DNA of 62,945 bases, the filler included, from Octopus bimaculoides (taxonomy: Eukaryota), in assembly GCF_001194135.2 (NCBI RefSeq). It is 4 parts of 4 records of this genome, joined end to end, with 100 filler letters (N's around TTAATTAATTAA, not from the genome) between each part and the next. Parts side by side here need not be neighbours in the genome. Positions count along the whole stretch, not along the records: positions 1 to 31,944 come from NC_069008.1; positions 32,045 to 52,275 come from NC_068983.1; 2 more parts are not named here. One strand, 5' to 3'. Below are positions 22,560 to 36,083 of the stretch, in pieces (the first letter of the stretch is position 1; each line of letters opens with the position of its first letter). The position numbers and the translations under genes were made by a program. The notes under the pieces were generated by a model. The model ran no database searches. It was not told the origin of the DNA and saw nothing but the letters and a program-made list of their open reading frames with translations.

Positions 22560-23920
22560 TTTTCCAGACCTCTTGGTGTCATATTCTACTTTAAATTCAC
22601 TCACATCGTACCATCGTATTGACTGCATGGATGGTTGTGTGTGCATTTGGTGCTTGTTAATTAATTCTTCTCTTAATCGGTTGTGTACTACACCATACCA
22701 TCATGATGGTATCATAGCAACATGTTAGCATCATAACCTATAGGTTTATTATTATTACAAAGAATGGTCTGAACTGTACATCATACCATTGAGATGGTAT
22801 AGCTGTATTATATATTGATATGCATTCTTATTATTATATGTCATACCGTTGTGATGGTATTATGTAACTATGCAGCAGTATGTTAAAATTGATTACAGTT
22901 GTATCATACCATTGATGGTATGTTGGTATATTTGTTTGTTTACTCTTCTTAAATGGCTGTATACCATACCATTATGATGGTATTGGTGTTTATTCTTTGA
23001 ACTAATTGCTTGCCATACCGTGTGTTGACTGTGATCTCTGGAGTGATAACCGTTATGTGAAACAATGCCATACCACTGTAATGGTATATGTCATATGTTG
23101 TCCGTATTGACTGCCTCTTATACATTCCATAATTATTAACTATTCTCCTTTGCTTACCATTAGAATGGTATATGTATCTTATACAAATTGTGATCTCTGG
23201 AACCATACCATTGTGATGGTATACTCAATATTTGGCTACAATAGTGACTGCTACAATAGTCACTCCATACCATCATTCAATCATTTATACAATTGTCTTT
23301 AGCTTACCATTAAAATGGTAATTGTATCTTATGCTAATTGTGTTCTTTGGAACCATACCATTGCAGTGGTATAATCAACATTTGTCTCTACCGACTGCTG
23401 CAACATGCACTTCATATTACCATTAAATACAATTGTCTTTAACATACCATTTCGCTACAATAGTGATTGCTACAATAGTCACTCCACACCATCATACAGT
23501 CATTATGTACAATTGTCTTTAGCTTACCATTAGAATGGTATTCGTACCATATGTTAATTGCAATCTCTGGAACCATACCATTGTGGTGGTATAGTCAACA
23601 TTTGACTCTGCTGACTGCTGCAACAGTCATTATACACAATTAATTTTTCTTACCATTAGAATGGTATATGTATCCTATATTAATTATGGTTTCTGGGACC
23701 ATACCATTTCAGTGGTGTAATCAAAATTTTGTCTCTACTGGCTGCTATGGTATGAATTTCATGCTATCATTATATACAATTTTTTTTTTGTTTTTTAAAA
23801 AATTTTTTTTACCTTACCATTAAAATGGTATTTGCATCTTACATTAATTGCCATCTCTGGAATCATGCCATTATAATATCATCATACCATTATTATTTTA
23901 CGACTGTCTTTTGCTTACAA
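22560..23920. repeat. Degenerate TACCAT/ATGGTA-rich satellite, variable 126-220-bp units
   Basis: ttaccattagaatggta anchors at 23154, 23304, 23524, 23650 and 23814. Confidence 0.75.
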
Positions 23921-25239
23921 CGAGAATGGCACATGTCATCACCATCATCATCGTCATCATCATCATCACCATCAACTGCTGGACATTACTCTCTCTCGAG
24001 TCCTTTGGTTCATGGGGCCGGTTGCCCAGTTTCCGTAGCATACCAGTGGCCAAGATGACTACATACCCCCTGGACAGGACGCCAGTCCATCACAGGTTAA
24101 CTCACTGATAGCTGTGTGGACTGGAGCAACATGTATTAAAGTGTTTTGCTCAAGAAAACAATGTACTGCCCAGTTCAGGAATTGAAACCACGACTTTGTG
24201 GTCATGACTGCAATGCGCTGACCATTCGGCCACATACCTTCACTACTCTCTGGGCTGGTTTCCCATCTTCTCTGATCTGTAAGTGACCACGATCACTCAT
24301 TCGTCCTAAACGAAGAGCTAGTCTGTCACAGGGTTAGCTGTTAGCGGCTGAGTGGATGGGACAATGTGAAATGGAGTATCTTGCTCAAGAACAGATAGAT
24401 AGATAGATGGAGAGATAGGTAGACAGACAGACAGAGAGATACATATATATACATACATAGACAGACAGACAAATAGATAGATATAGATAGATAGATAGAC
24501 AAATGGAGAGACAGGTAGATAAACAGACAGACAGATAGATAGATAGATAGACAGACAGATACATATATACATACATACATACATACATAGACAGACAAAT
24601 AAATAGATAGATAGATAGATATAGACAGATAGATAGATATATACACACATGCATATATGTATATACACATACACACATACATATTTATGAATATATGTAT
24701 ATACGCACACACATATACACGTACACAAACCATCATATTACCATATCTTCATGCACTCCATCACCATACTATGATCTCAACCTGCTAGAAATAGCAGCTA
24801 AATCTGCCTAAACTCACACCTTGCTGTTTTTAAATAGCAGATGGATCAGCAGTAATGTGCTCCAAAAAACATTGGAGTGTCATGGCTGGAATGTCTCTAA
24901 CCATGGTTTGGAATGTCTCTAATCATGGTTTTGTTCATTAGAGTTTGACGTGGAGCATAACAAGAACTACCACCACCACACATGAAACATCACATCACCT
25001 ACACCACTTCCATATTGCTACCATACCATCGACTTAACTCTTGTCCTTTGCTTACCATTATTACTCCGGATATACTACTGCAATGGTATTTTGCTCACCT
25101 CAGCAGCATAAACCACCTATTGTTAGCAATAGAGGTACACACCGAAAACCTTTGCCCACCCATTCTTTTTTCTCTGCCTCTAATGGTTTTACCACTCGTG
25201 TAACTTACCCAAAGTTGGGTTGGTAACTATACCATCACC

Positions 25240-28200
25240 TTCAGAGTTACCGGCTCCGTTTAAAAAGATCTAGCCCCAGTTAGGGGATAAACTATCTCCA
25301 CGGGATACTATCATCTTTAATTTACCCACAGGTAGTAATTGCTTCTGTTGGTTTTTTAAATCCTTGTTAAATTTACCCACAAGTTCATAACTGTTTCTGC
25401 TGGTTACCATCAAATTTTTTACCCAGGATCTCTCTTGGTAATTACCTCAACTGGTAAATAAAAGCTATTTTATTTTAATCCACTTTTTACAACTTTCTGC
25501 TGGTTACCACCATTTTTTTTTTTCTTTTTATATTTACCCAGAATCTCTTGGTACTTACCACAGCCGGTAAATAAAACCCACTGATTTATAACTTTTTGCT
25601 GGTTACCACCACATTTATTTATTTATTTTTTACCTACAATCTCTTGCTAATTATTTCAGCTGGTAAAAAAAAAAAGGAAAGATTACCCACGACTGTTTCT
25701 GTTGCCATAAATTTTTATTATTTATCCAGAATCCTTTGGTAATTGCCTCAGTTGGTAAAAAAAAAAACACTGTATTCTACCCACATGTTTGTAACTGTTT
25801 CTGTTGGTTACCATTAATTTTTTTCTTCCCCACAATTCATTGATAATTACCTAAGCTGGTAAATAAAAGCCACTTTATTTTAACCACAGGTTCATAACTT
25901 TCTCTACTGATTACCATCAAAGTTTTTCCATTCCCCCACAACCTCTTTGTAACTACCTTCGCTGGTAAAAGGGAAAAAGTGTTGTCTTAACTCCAGGTTC
26001 ATAGCTATTTCCCCTGGTTACCATCACATTTTAAAAAACATTTTCTCACAATATCTTGGTAATTACCTCAGCTGGTGAAAAAAACCTTCTTTATTTTGCC
26101 CTCAGTTTTCTGCCTGTTACCATCAAAATTTTTTTAACGTTTCACCTCAATCTCTTGGTATTTGCTTCAGCTAATAAATAAAAACCACTTTATTTTACCC
26201 ATAACTGTTTCTGCTAGTTACCATCAATTTTTTTTTATTTACCCAGAATCTCTTGGTAATTGCTTCAGGTGGTAAAAAAAAACAACTTTATTTTGCCCAC
26301 AAGTTCTTAACTGTTTCTGCTAAGTACCATCAAAGATTTTAAAAAATTTATCCACAATCTCTTGGTAATTATTTCAGCTGGTAAAAAAAACTGACTGTAT
26401 TTCATAGCTGTTTCTGTTGGTTACCATCAATTTATTATTTTTATTTACCTACAATCTCTTGGTAATTACTTCAGATGGTTTTAAAAAATCCACTTTATTT
26501 TACCTTCAAATTTATAACCATCTTTGCCTGTTACCATCAAAGTTTTTTTGTATATTTACCCACAGAGTTTTTTTTTTAGCGGATGGTAAAAAGAAAACAC
26601 CATTTTACCCATACGTTCATAACTGCCTCTCCTGCTTACCATCGCTTTTTCATTTTACTCCCAACCAGTTGGTAATTACCTCAGCTTACTAGAAACCACA
26701 AATACTCACAGGTAAATCGACCCACTGCCTCAACTGATTACCATCACATTTTTCACTTACCCACCCTCTATTGGTAACTACATTACCTGGTTAAATCTAA
26801 CTTATTTATCAACTTCTTTCTTAATTACTCCTGTTGGTTACCTCAGTGGCCAATTTACCCACAATCAGTAATTGCCACAGCTGATTAAAAACTATTTATT
26901 TTGCCCACACGGTTCATAAGTGTCTCTACTTATTATCCATCACATTTTTTTCATTTATTCACAATCAATTGTCAATCACCTCCAATGGTTAAAAATCACT
27001 ATTTTACCCACAGGTTCATAACTGCCTCTACTGCTTTTTCCCATTTACCCACAATCAGTTGATAATTACCTCAGCTTACTACAAACCACTTCTTAATTTA
27101 CCCATGGGTTCATAACTGTCTCTGCTGATTACAAGTACATTTTTTCATTAGCCACAATCATTTGGTTGTTGCCTCAGATTCATAAAAACCACAACTTAAT
27201 TTACCCATGGATTCATAACTGCCTCTTCTCATTAACATAACATTTTTCATTTATCTGCAATCAATTGGTAATTGCTTCAGCTTCCTAGAAACATCATCAT
27301 CATCGTTGTATAATATCCGCTTTCCATGCTGGCATGGGTTGGATAGTTTGGCTGAGGGGCTGGCAAACCAGAAGGCTGCACCAGGTTCCAATCCAATCTG
27401 GCAACGTTTCTACAGCTGGATGCCCTTCCTAATGCCATAACAACTGTTTAATTTACCCATGGGTTCATAATTGTCTCTGCTCGTAACCATGACATTTTTA
27501 ATTTACCCACAATCAGTTGATAATTGTCTCAGCTTCCCAGAAACCTCTGTTTAATTTATCCATAGAGTGCATAACTGCCTCTGCTGGTAACCATCACATT
27601 TCTCACTTACCAACGATCAGTTGATAATTACCTCAGCTGGTTAAACATCACTATTTAAATACCCAAATGATTCTTAATTATCTCTTCTTGTTGCTCTAAT
27701 GCTTTCCCTATTTGCCCATCACTCCTTAGTCAGTACATCTACCACATACCACTGTTGTCATATCAACTCCCTCTGGTGATCACCACTGTTGACACTTACC
27801 CACAGGGATTGCTACCTCCCTCTGGTGGCCACCACTGTTGACAGTTACCTACAGTGATTGCTACCTTCCACTGGTGGCCATCACTGTTGACACCCACAGT
27901 GATTGCTTGAGTGCTGCCTCCTACTGGTGGCCACTATTGTTGACAATCTCCCCCTCTGGTTCCTATCCTCTTCTCATGGCCACCACTGACGAATTTACCC
28001 ACCTTCATTGGATGGTATTGTCACAATTTCCCATTTCCCCATATTAACCTCTTCTACCCATCATTTAACTATTTCACCTACTCATGACTATTTGCCCTCA
28101 ATTATTTGCCCACATTTTGACTGCCCTCAAATAATTGTTTGGCCCACATCTGGTGGGTTATTACCCTCATTTTTTTTTATTTGTCCTCCATACACTGCTT

Positions 28201-28480
28201 ATTTGCCCATCTTTGGTCGATGTGTCTCAGATGGTTACCACAGGTGGCATATTTACCCACAACTGTTCACTGTTTCTGCTAAACGTTAACCCACCAACAC
28301 TGGTTTTTTAAAATCTTCTGGTGGCTACCACTAACGACATTGTAAAATCGTTGGTGATCAGCTCCCGCTGGTGGTCACCACTGCTGACAGTTACCTACAG
28401 TGGTTGCTATTACCCACTTGTGGCCACCACTGCTGAGAGTTACAGTGGTTGCTACCCCCCTTTCGTGTCCATCACTGACA
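25240..28480. repeat. Degenerate ~100-107-bp satellite that grades into a ~50-bp ccaccactg unit
   Basis: ctggttaccatc anchors at 25400, 25500, 25599, 25804, 25907, 26014 and onward. Confidence 0.85.
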
Positions 28481-28554
28481 AATTTTGCCTCCAAGTGATT
28501 GCTAAATTACTAACATCTCCCCCACTTGTATATATATATATATATATGTGTGTG

Positions 28555-28599
<45 letters not shown>

Positions 28600-28927
28600 T
28601 TTAACGTCCGCTTTCCATGCTAGCTTGGGTTGGACGATTTGACTGAGTACTGGTGAAACCAGATGGCTAATAAAAGCAAAATTCTGTCTGTCCCTCTGGG
28701 ACCTTTGCATCTCTGTCTATATTTGCTCTACATATACATATACACACACACATACACACATATATATATATATATACACTCATACACACATATACACATA
28801 CACACATACATAGACACACACACATACATAGACACATACACACACATATATTTATACACATACATAGACACACACACTTACATATACTTATATATACACA
28901 CACAAAGACACACACTATGTATGTGTG

Positions 28928-28959
<32 letters not shown>

Positions 28960-29602
28960 TATATATATATACTCCCAGACATCTCAAAAGTAAATAGCCT
29001 TAATTTTTGAAAGATTTTTATTATTTTGAAACAAAATAAATCTCTTATGGAAAAATTTCTGACAAAATAATATCTTTGATGTATTTAAATACTTAATCCA
29101 GTGTTTAGTAGACTTTGCAGCTATAAGCATTTAACAACAACTACTATTACAACAACACACATATATTAAGTTATGCAACATAGATTTACTTTACATTATT
29201 GAATTTTGTTCTACTTGTGCAGCATTTTTGCACATCAGCAGATTATTTTTTTTTTTTATTACGCTGTCTGTATATACTTTTAGCTGGCAGTTCGGATTCA
29301 TTTTAGGAAGAGATGAATATATGACACTGCTATGCAGGAAAACACTTTGAAACATTGGGATATGTTGTTCCCATTCCTTTTCTGGGGTGATTTTGTTTTG
29401 CCGATTTCTGAAGTATATTGTGTTTCTTTTAACACTATGCCTTTGAAGGGGTCTCCCTTTAACAAAATACATTTCACAGTGCACAAGCATTGTATCATAT
29501 TGATAATGTTTGCATTACTAAGCTACTTATAAGACAAAATTTGAATATAGCTATCTTCAAAAATGTGTTGTTAAATGCTTGTAGTTGCAGTGTGTTTGTA
29601 TA

Positions 29603-29658
<56 letters not shown>

Positions 29659-29857
29659 TATATACATACACACACACACACACAGATATATACATGTACA
29701 TAGATACGCATATACACACACACACATATGTATGCACACATACTCATATATACATACACATGTATGTACATACATGCATACACAAACACATATATATGCA
29801 AACATATAAAGATTCAAGTATATACACACACATATGTATGTACACGTACTTATACAT

Positions 29858-29892
<35 letters not shown>

Positions 29893-30749
29893 CAATCAAA
29901 CATTTATTTTTAGATGTATATATGCAACATACACACATTCCCGACATATTTGCCCACTTCTGATTCCTAAACTCATTCTAGTGGCCACCACTGCTGACAT
30001 TACATGCCCACCCTTGGCTAATACCAATCCCATTGCTATATTACTGCTAACAAATGTATCTACTGATTGCAGAGGAATTTATATAACCAGTGAGGTTATG
30101 ACTGTGTGAATTCAATGAAATCCAAAGACCCAGTTTTCAGCAAGGCAAAAGCAGTAGTCTTAGCAACATTAATAATAATAATCTTTACTACCCTAGGCAC
30201 AGGGCCCGAAATTTTGTGGGAGAAAGCCAGTCGTTTAGATCGATCCGCAGTATGCAACTGGTACTTAATTTATCAACCCTGGGAGGATAAAAGGCAAAGT
30301 TGACCAATAATAATAATTTCAAATTATTGGCTCAAGACGAGAAACTTTTGAGGGGAGGGGGATTAAACAATGTCACCTACCACAATAGTTGGCTGGTACT
30401 TGATTTTATCAACCTTGAAAGGATAAAAAAAAAATATATAAATGCACAAATGCGATACATATATATGCACAAGTGCTGTGTATACACATACACACATATA
30501 TATACCCACATCCATACAAACTTATGTGCTAATGCATATATATATATACATACACACATTCACATAAATGTATATTAATACATGCATACATATTATATAC
30601 AGACGTGTGTGTGTGTGTATTTATATATATATACACACACACATTCACATAAATTTTTATTAATATATGCAAAAATATTATACACAAACACGTGTGTATA
30701 TATATAAATACATAAATGTGATATATATATATGCACAAGTGTTGAGTAT

Positions 30750-30790
<41 letters not shown>

Positions 30791-32044
30791 CACCCACATC
30801 CATACAGACTTATATGCTAATGCATATATATACACACCACACTACATATGTACCCAACATATACATCGACTGATTTGTGGAACATCATTTTCTGTTTAAT
30901 TTAATTCAATAAACTAATTATTTTTTAATTATACTGCTGTGAAAATATATAATTATATATGAAATAAAAATATGTATTATAAAATATATATGTAGTCATT
31001 TCATTTCTGCTATTATCCATACTGGCATGGGTTGGATGAGAACTGCTGAGGTGGCAATTCATGGTAGAATGAGTCTCTCCCAGAGGCAAACCTCTGTATA
31101 CGAGAACAGGAGGGTAAGTCAAGTTGATTTTGCTGGGATTTGAAACTGCAATGTAAAGATATGTGTTGTGGAAGTATTCCCCCCCCCCCCCATGTGACTA
31201 AAAGTGGATTGAGACATTACTATAAAATAAACAACTGCAGTTACAAGGAGAGGGAGTGAAAGAAAGAGACAGTTACAAGGAGGGAGAGAAAGAGACAGAA
31301 ACAGTTACAAGGAGGGATGGAGAGAGAGAGAAAGACAGTTACAAGGAGGAGTAAAGAGAGAGAGAAACAGAGTTATAAAGTGGGGGGAGAGAAAAACAGA
31401 CAGTTACAATGAGGGGAGAGAGAGAAGCATAGACACACAGACAGTCACAAAGACAAACAGGTAGATAATTAACTGCCACGAAATTTCGTTGACATTTCGG
31501 TTATTTCAGAGAATAACCAATAAACAAATGGATTTATTGATGAAACCTAAACAAAAGCACGTTAGAATATTGTAGAAAAAATTTCAACAAAAACCTGCAG
31601 ATTAGTATTAAATGCTTTTAATATGTAATGAAAATAAAACCAAAACACAAAGATTAAAAAGAAAAACAAAAAGATAGCAAGTAAGGGAAGTAACTCCGAA
31701 CGTATGCTAATATTTGACGATTGTCTCTCATTGTATATATGCAAATGAAGGGACGAAATTTTATTTTTTTTAAAGTCTTGAAGTAAAATAGGTCATTTAT
31801 GTGCAGTTCGAAACAGTTTATTAAAATATAGCAACGAAAAAAAAAAAGAAAAAGAAAAAGGAAAAACAGCTTTAAAATACATCTTAAGAAATGTGCTTCT
31901 TGTGTGTGTCTGTGCCTGTGTGAAGGATGCGAGTTGATGTATATNNNNNNNNNNNNNNNNNNNNNNNNNNNNNNNNNNNNNNNNNNNNTTAATTAATTAA
32001 NNNNNNNNNNNNNNNNNNNNNNNNNNNNNNNNNNNNNNNNNNNN

Positions 32045-32360
32045 CCTACTCCTTTTCTACATACTGAGCAGGGCCATCTACCTGAAGGGGTTTGTGTTTT
32101 ATCTACCTTCCTACTTATTAGGATTTTGGTTTTAGCTAGGTTGACTCTAAGGCCCTTCAGTTCTAGACCTTGCTTCCACACCTGAAACTTCTCCTCTAGT
32201 TCTGATAGTGACTCCGCAATTAGGGCAAGGTCATCAGCATAGAGGAGCTCCCAGGGGCAACCTGTCTTGAACTCCTCTGTGATTGCCTGGAGGACTATGG
32301 TAAATAATAGGGGGCTGAGGACGGAACCTTGGTGGACCCCTACCTCTACCCGGAATTCAA
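32045..32360 (-). mobile_element. RTE LINE reverse-transcriptase fragment
   Basis: EFRVEVGVHQGSVLSPLLFTIVLQAITEEFKTGCPWELLYADDLALIAES..GLRVNLAKTK: RT motifs QG..SP and YADD. Confidence 0.93.
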
Positions 32361-32589
32361 TGATTTAAAATTTTACTACAAGGCCAGCAACTTTAGGGAA
32401 AAGGATAAGTCAAATATATCGACCCTAGTGCTCAACTGGTACTTATTTTACTGGCCTCAAAGTAGTGGAAAAACAAAGCTAACTTGGTAGAATTTGAATT
32501 TGGAATGTAAAGAAGCAGAAAAGATGCTGCTAAACATGCTAATGATTCTTCCAGCTTGCCACCTTAATAATGATAATAATAATAAGAAG

Positions 32590-33310
32590 AAATGGGTAGA
32601 AGTAAACTAGAAACTCACAATGCATAAAATGCATCACCATAAAAGTAGTATCAATAAACTCTATTTACTAAGAAGGGAAGAAGACAGTATATTGTTAAAT
32701 GCAACAGACATCACAAATCCTAAATTTGAAAACTTATGTTGCACATAGTGTGGAAAGGCTACTGCCAGCAGCTATAAATATCATTGAAACAGAAAGAGAT
32801 TTTAAAAATTGAAAGAAGAATGATGAGCTAAATAGCTGGAAAGAGAAGAACAATGGTTGTAAATAATAAATGGAAACTAAAAATGAGGAACTGAATTGCT
32901 AATTATAGGTGCTGAGGAATAAGCTACTGGAATGAATTTGATACAGACAAAATGTGTAGAACTCAGACAGGACAGCAAATGCAGAATGTGTAGAGAAGGG
33001 GATGAAGTATTAACTATTTTTTAAGTGAGTGCAGTAAGCTAATACAAATGTAGATATGACTGTGGCAGTAAAAGAGTGACTGGAATGTTAGTCAAGTCTG
33101 TAGATTTCAAGTAACAGAAAAGTGGTATGAACACAAACCACACATTGCCATGGTGAATGATAATTACCAAATTTTATGAAATTTCTCCATAAAGAATGAT
33201 CACTGAATAAAGGAGACTAGAAATGAATGTAAAGAACAGAAAAACAATGTAAAGTCATTGTCTTTGCAATTTCATATGACAGTAGAGTGGATATCGAGGT
33301 AAAAAAAGGA
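32590..33310 (+). mobile_element. Dong/R4-clade non-LTR 3' fragment (zinc knuckle and restriction-like endonuclease region)
   Basis: DSKCRMCREGDE...SECSKL zinc knuckle; KIL*NFSIKNDH resembles KILWDFxIxTD; heavily decayed. Confidence 0.7.
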
Positions 33311-33779
33311 TAGTAAGAAAAATGCTTAATATAGTTATCTTCATCATCATCATCATTTAACATCTATTTTCTATGCTGGCATAGGATAAGAAGAAATTAG
33401 ATTTGGGGCCAAGTGTAAGGCATAGGTTAAAAGTTGTAGAGATGTACTGAGCATATAAAAATGAATAGAGCAAGGTTAAAGAGAGAATACATATATATAA
33501 AATAGCCAATGCATTCAAGAATAAATAGATACATACATTCATTAGAAATATGTTTCTATAATTAAGATTGGGTAAGTAAAAGTAAACTGGAAGAGACGAA
33601 CATGCACAGGTATTAAATTTTTCAGAACATACAAAACTATAAAATTAATTGTAGAATAAGAGATATACTCAATAACTAAATGAGTATATCTGTAGGTGTT
33701 CAATAGCTAAATAGTTTTAGGCTTCATGCGAAATTAGAAATGCAAGTATTGGTACATATATATCTCAGATGATTATCTA

Positions 33780-34180
33780 TCAAGAATAAAAGACATGTTG
33801 AGAATATTTGTAGGTTTTGAAAATTTTTGTGTTTGTAAGTTCAATAAATAATGTAGCCTTGGCAAAGATAATTTCATATACTTCTGCAGTACAAATGTTA
33901 TAGGATTTTTTATTTCTTATGTAAGATATGGCTGTGGTGAGAATTTTCCAACTTAAATTGTAAGCTTTATATTTATTCTTTAATTCCTGAATATAATTTG
34001 AAAGTGAAGTGACATTACCTCTAGGGAAGTTTCTAAATGAATGGGGATGTTGATTGTAGTGAGATTTGAAAGGATTAGCAGCAACACTAATGCAGGTTTT
34101 AGTGGAGTTAGCTGTTTCAGCATTAATCACAGCACTCATTTAATTTTACTCTACATTAGCCATTTACTGGTAAATCAACC
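33780..34180 (-). mobile_element. Penelope-like element GIY-YIG endonuclease C-terminal fragment (decayed)
   Basis: ORF reads KTCISVAANPFKSHYNQHPHSFRN..TSLSNYIQELKNK..YNLSWKIL..A.SY...YNIC, matching the PLE pattern YIGxxxxxFKxRYxxHxxSFR..LSxYIWxLK..YxIxWKIL; LPVNG*C upstream matches CPLxGxC. Confidence 0.75.
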
Positions 34181-34311
34181 AAGTCATTTGTGAGTTAAGC
34201 AGTTTAACTACAGATCCAACCTGCTGCCAACTGTGATAATATATGATCCTCCAAACTCTTAGTTGCTACTATGCTATTGATTCCAATGTCTATTGTCTTT
34301 TTCTCTGGGTA

Positions 34312-34570
34312 GAGATGAAGCCTAAGAATTGCAGAAGACAGATAATAATTCATTGTATAAACTCATAGACTGAAGTATCTTGTGCTACAACGCAACAAAA
34401 CTTTAAAGAATAGACTCATCATCATCATCATTGTTTAATGTCTGCTTAAACGATGACGATAATGATAAGTCTATTCGTTAAAGTTTTGTTGTGTTGTAGC
34501 ACAAGATACTTCAATCTATGAGTATATACAATGAATTATTATGTCTTCTGCAAATCTTAGGCTTCATCTC
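34312..34570. repeat. Long inverted repeat, ~125-bp arms, 7-nt loop
   Basis: 34312-34438 is about 90% identical to the reverse complement of 34446-34570. Confidence 0.9.
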
Positions 34571-34879
34571 ATCCTAAAATATAGGCAGACTAATACCTTG
34601 ACTACTCTGTATCATGATGATAAAATAGGTTTACAACTTATAGTCATATTGTTGTTACATAATTCTTTTTATATTTTTCTTTATATTTATGATAGCTACC
34701 ATCAGAAGGTGTTATGATCTGCAGAAGTTTATCCCAGTTTTCAAAGTAGCAAGATATAGAAAGATATTTCACTGTCTGGGCTATTCTACAGCAAGTTTTG
34801 CGTATTTGAGCTCAACACTACAGGTTAATGAAATATCTACTAATTACAATAGGGGTAGAGTATTGTTCCTCTGTTTTCA

Positions 34880-34965
34880 CACAAGGGGTAGAGTATTGTT
34901 TCTCTGTTTTTACTTAAGGTATATACCTTAAGTAAAAACAGAGGAACAATACTCTATCCCTTGTG
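34880..34965. repeat. 86-bp palindrome without a spacer
   Basis: 43-bp arms with 2 mismatches, centred on ggtat|atacc; a third direct partial copy lies at about 34850-34878. Confidence 0.92.
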
Positions 34966-36043
34966 AACTGAACTGATAAGAGTTGGCCTACTGGGTGCAT
35001 TTTAGCAAACACGACAAGGTTCCAGTGACAGAATATCAATGCTTGTTCTTTTGGTTACTAGTCTGGCCATCTACTGAATCAGCTGACAATAACTACATAA
35101 TTTAAAAGGCATGACTAACACAGAAAAAATATAACAATAGGCACATTTACAAAAAGAAATGTTAAAATATGAAATAAATAAATAACAAATAAAGTCCCAT
35201 GTCAGAGTAAATGCTAAATACATCCATGTTTATATTTTGCAGATAATGCACAGCATCCCACACAATCTCTCTCTCCAGACTGATTATCTTTGTCTTACCA
35301 CTGCACAACCAAACCATAATGTACTTTCTATTCAGATATAGTCCTTTATTTTCTTTTATTTGCATTGCATATTCCATGCACTCACAACACACAAGAACAA
35401 CAGCAACACCAACAGCTGCATCAATAGACGAATAGTAAATGCCTTATCCTACACTCCTTATGACATGCAATCTACATGACAAATCAATAAACAAGCTTTC
35501 AATCCACACAACAGTCTATTGAGGCAAATACAATGTTAAGTGTGAGAAAAGGGATGGTGAAAAGTGAAGAGTTGAAGATGATGATGGTGATGATTGAAAC
35601 ATGAAAACTACAGACTGAATTGAGAAGTGTAGGGAATACAAAAAGATGAAGAAAAAATATAAAATAGGGAGATAACAAATAAATTTTTGTAAAGTGATTA
35701 TACAAAACAGAGTAAATACATAAGAAACTTTGAGATTATTATAGAGAAGGAATATAAAAAACTATAGGGAGTGGCTGTGTGGTAAGAAGCTTGCTTCCCA
35801 ACCAAATGGTTCCAGATTCAGTCCCACTGTGAGGCACCATGGGCAAGTTTCTTCTACTATAGCCTTAAGCCAACCAAAGCCTTATGAGTGGATTTGGTAG
35901 ACGGAAACTGAAAGAAGCCTGTTATTTATATATATANNNNNNNNNNNNNNNNNNNNNNNNNNNNNNNNNNNNNNNNNNNNNNNNNNNNNNNNNNNNNNNN
36001 NNNNNNNNNNNNNNNNNNNNNNNNNTATATGTGTGTGTGTGTG

Positions 36044-36083
<40 letters not shown>

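Noticed and set aside
25240-28480. Regularly spaced repeats as a CRISPR-like array
   Set aside because: The sequence is eukaryotic, the spacers are homologous to each other, the repeats are degenerate and there are no cas genes. It is a satellite.
31989-32000. TTAATTAATTAA islands between N runs (also at 52320-52331 and 58112-58123)
   Set aside because: The same 12-mer, with stops in all six frames, is always flanked by Ns. It is an assembly linker, not biology.
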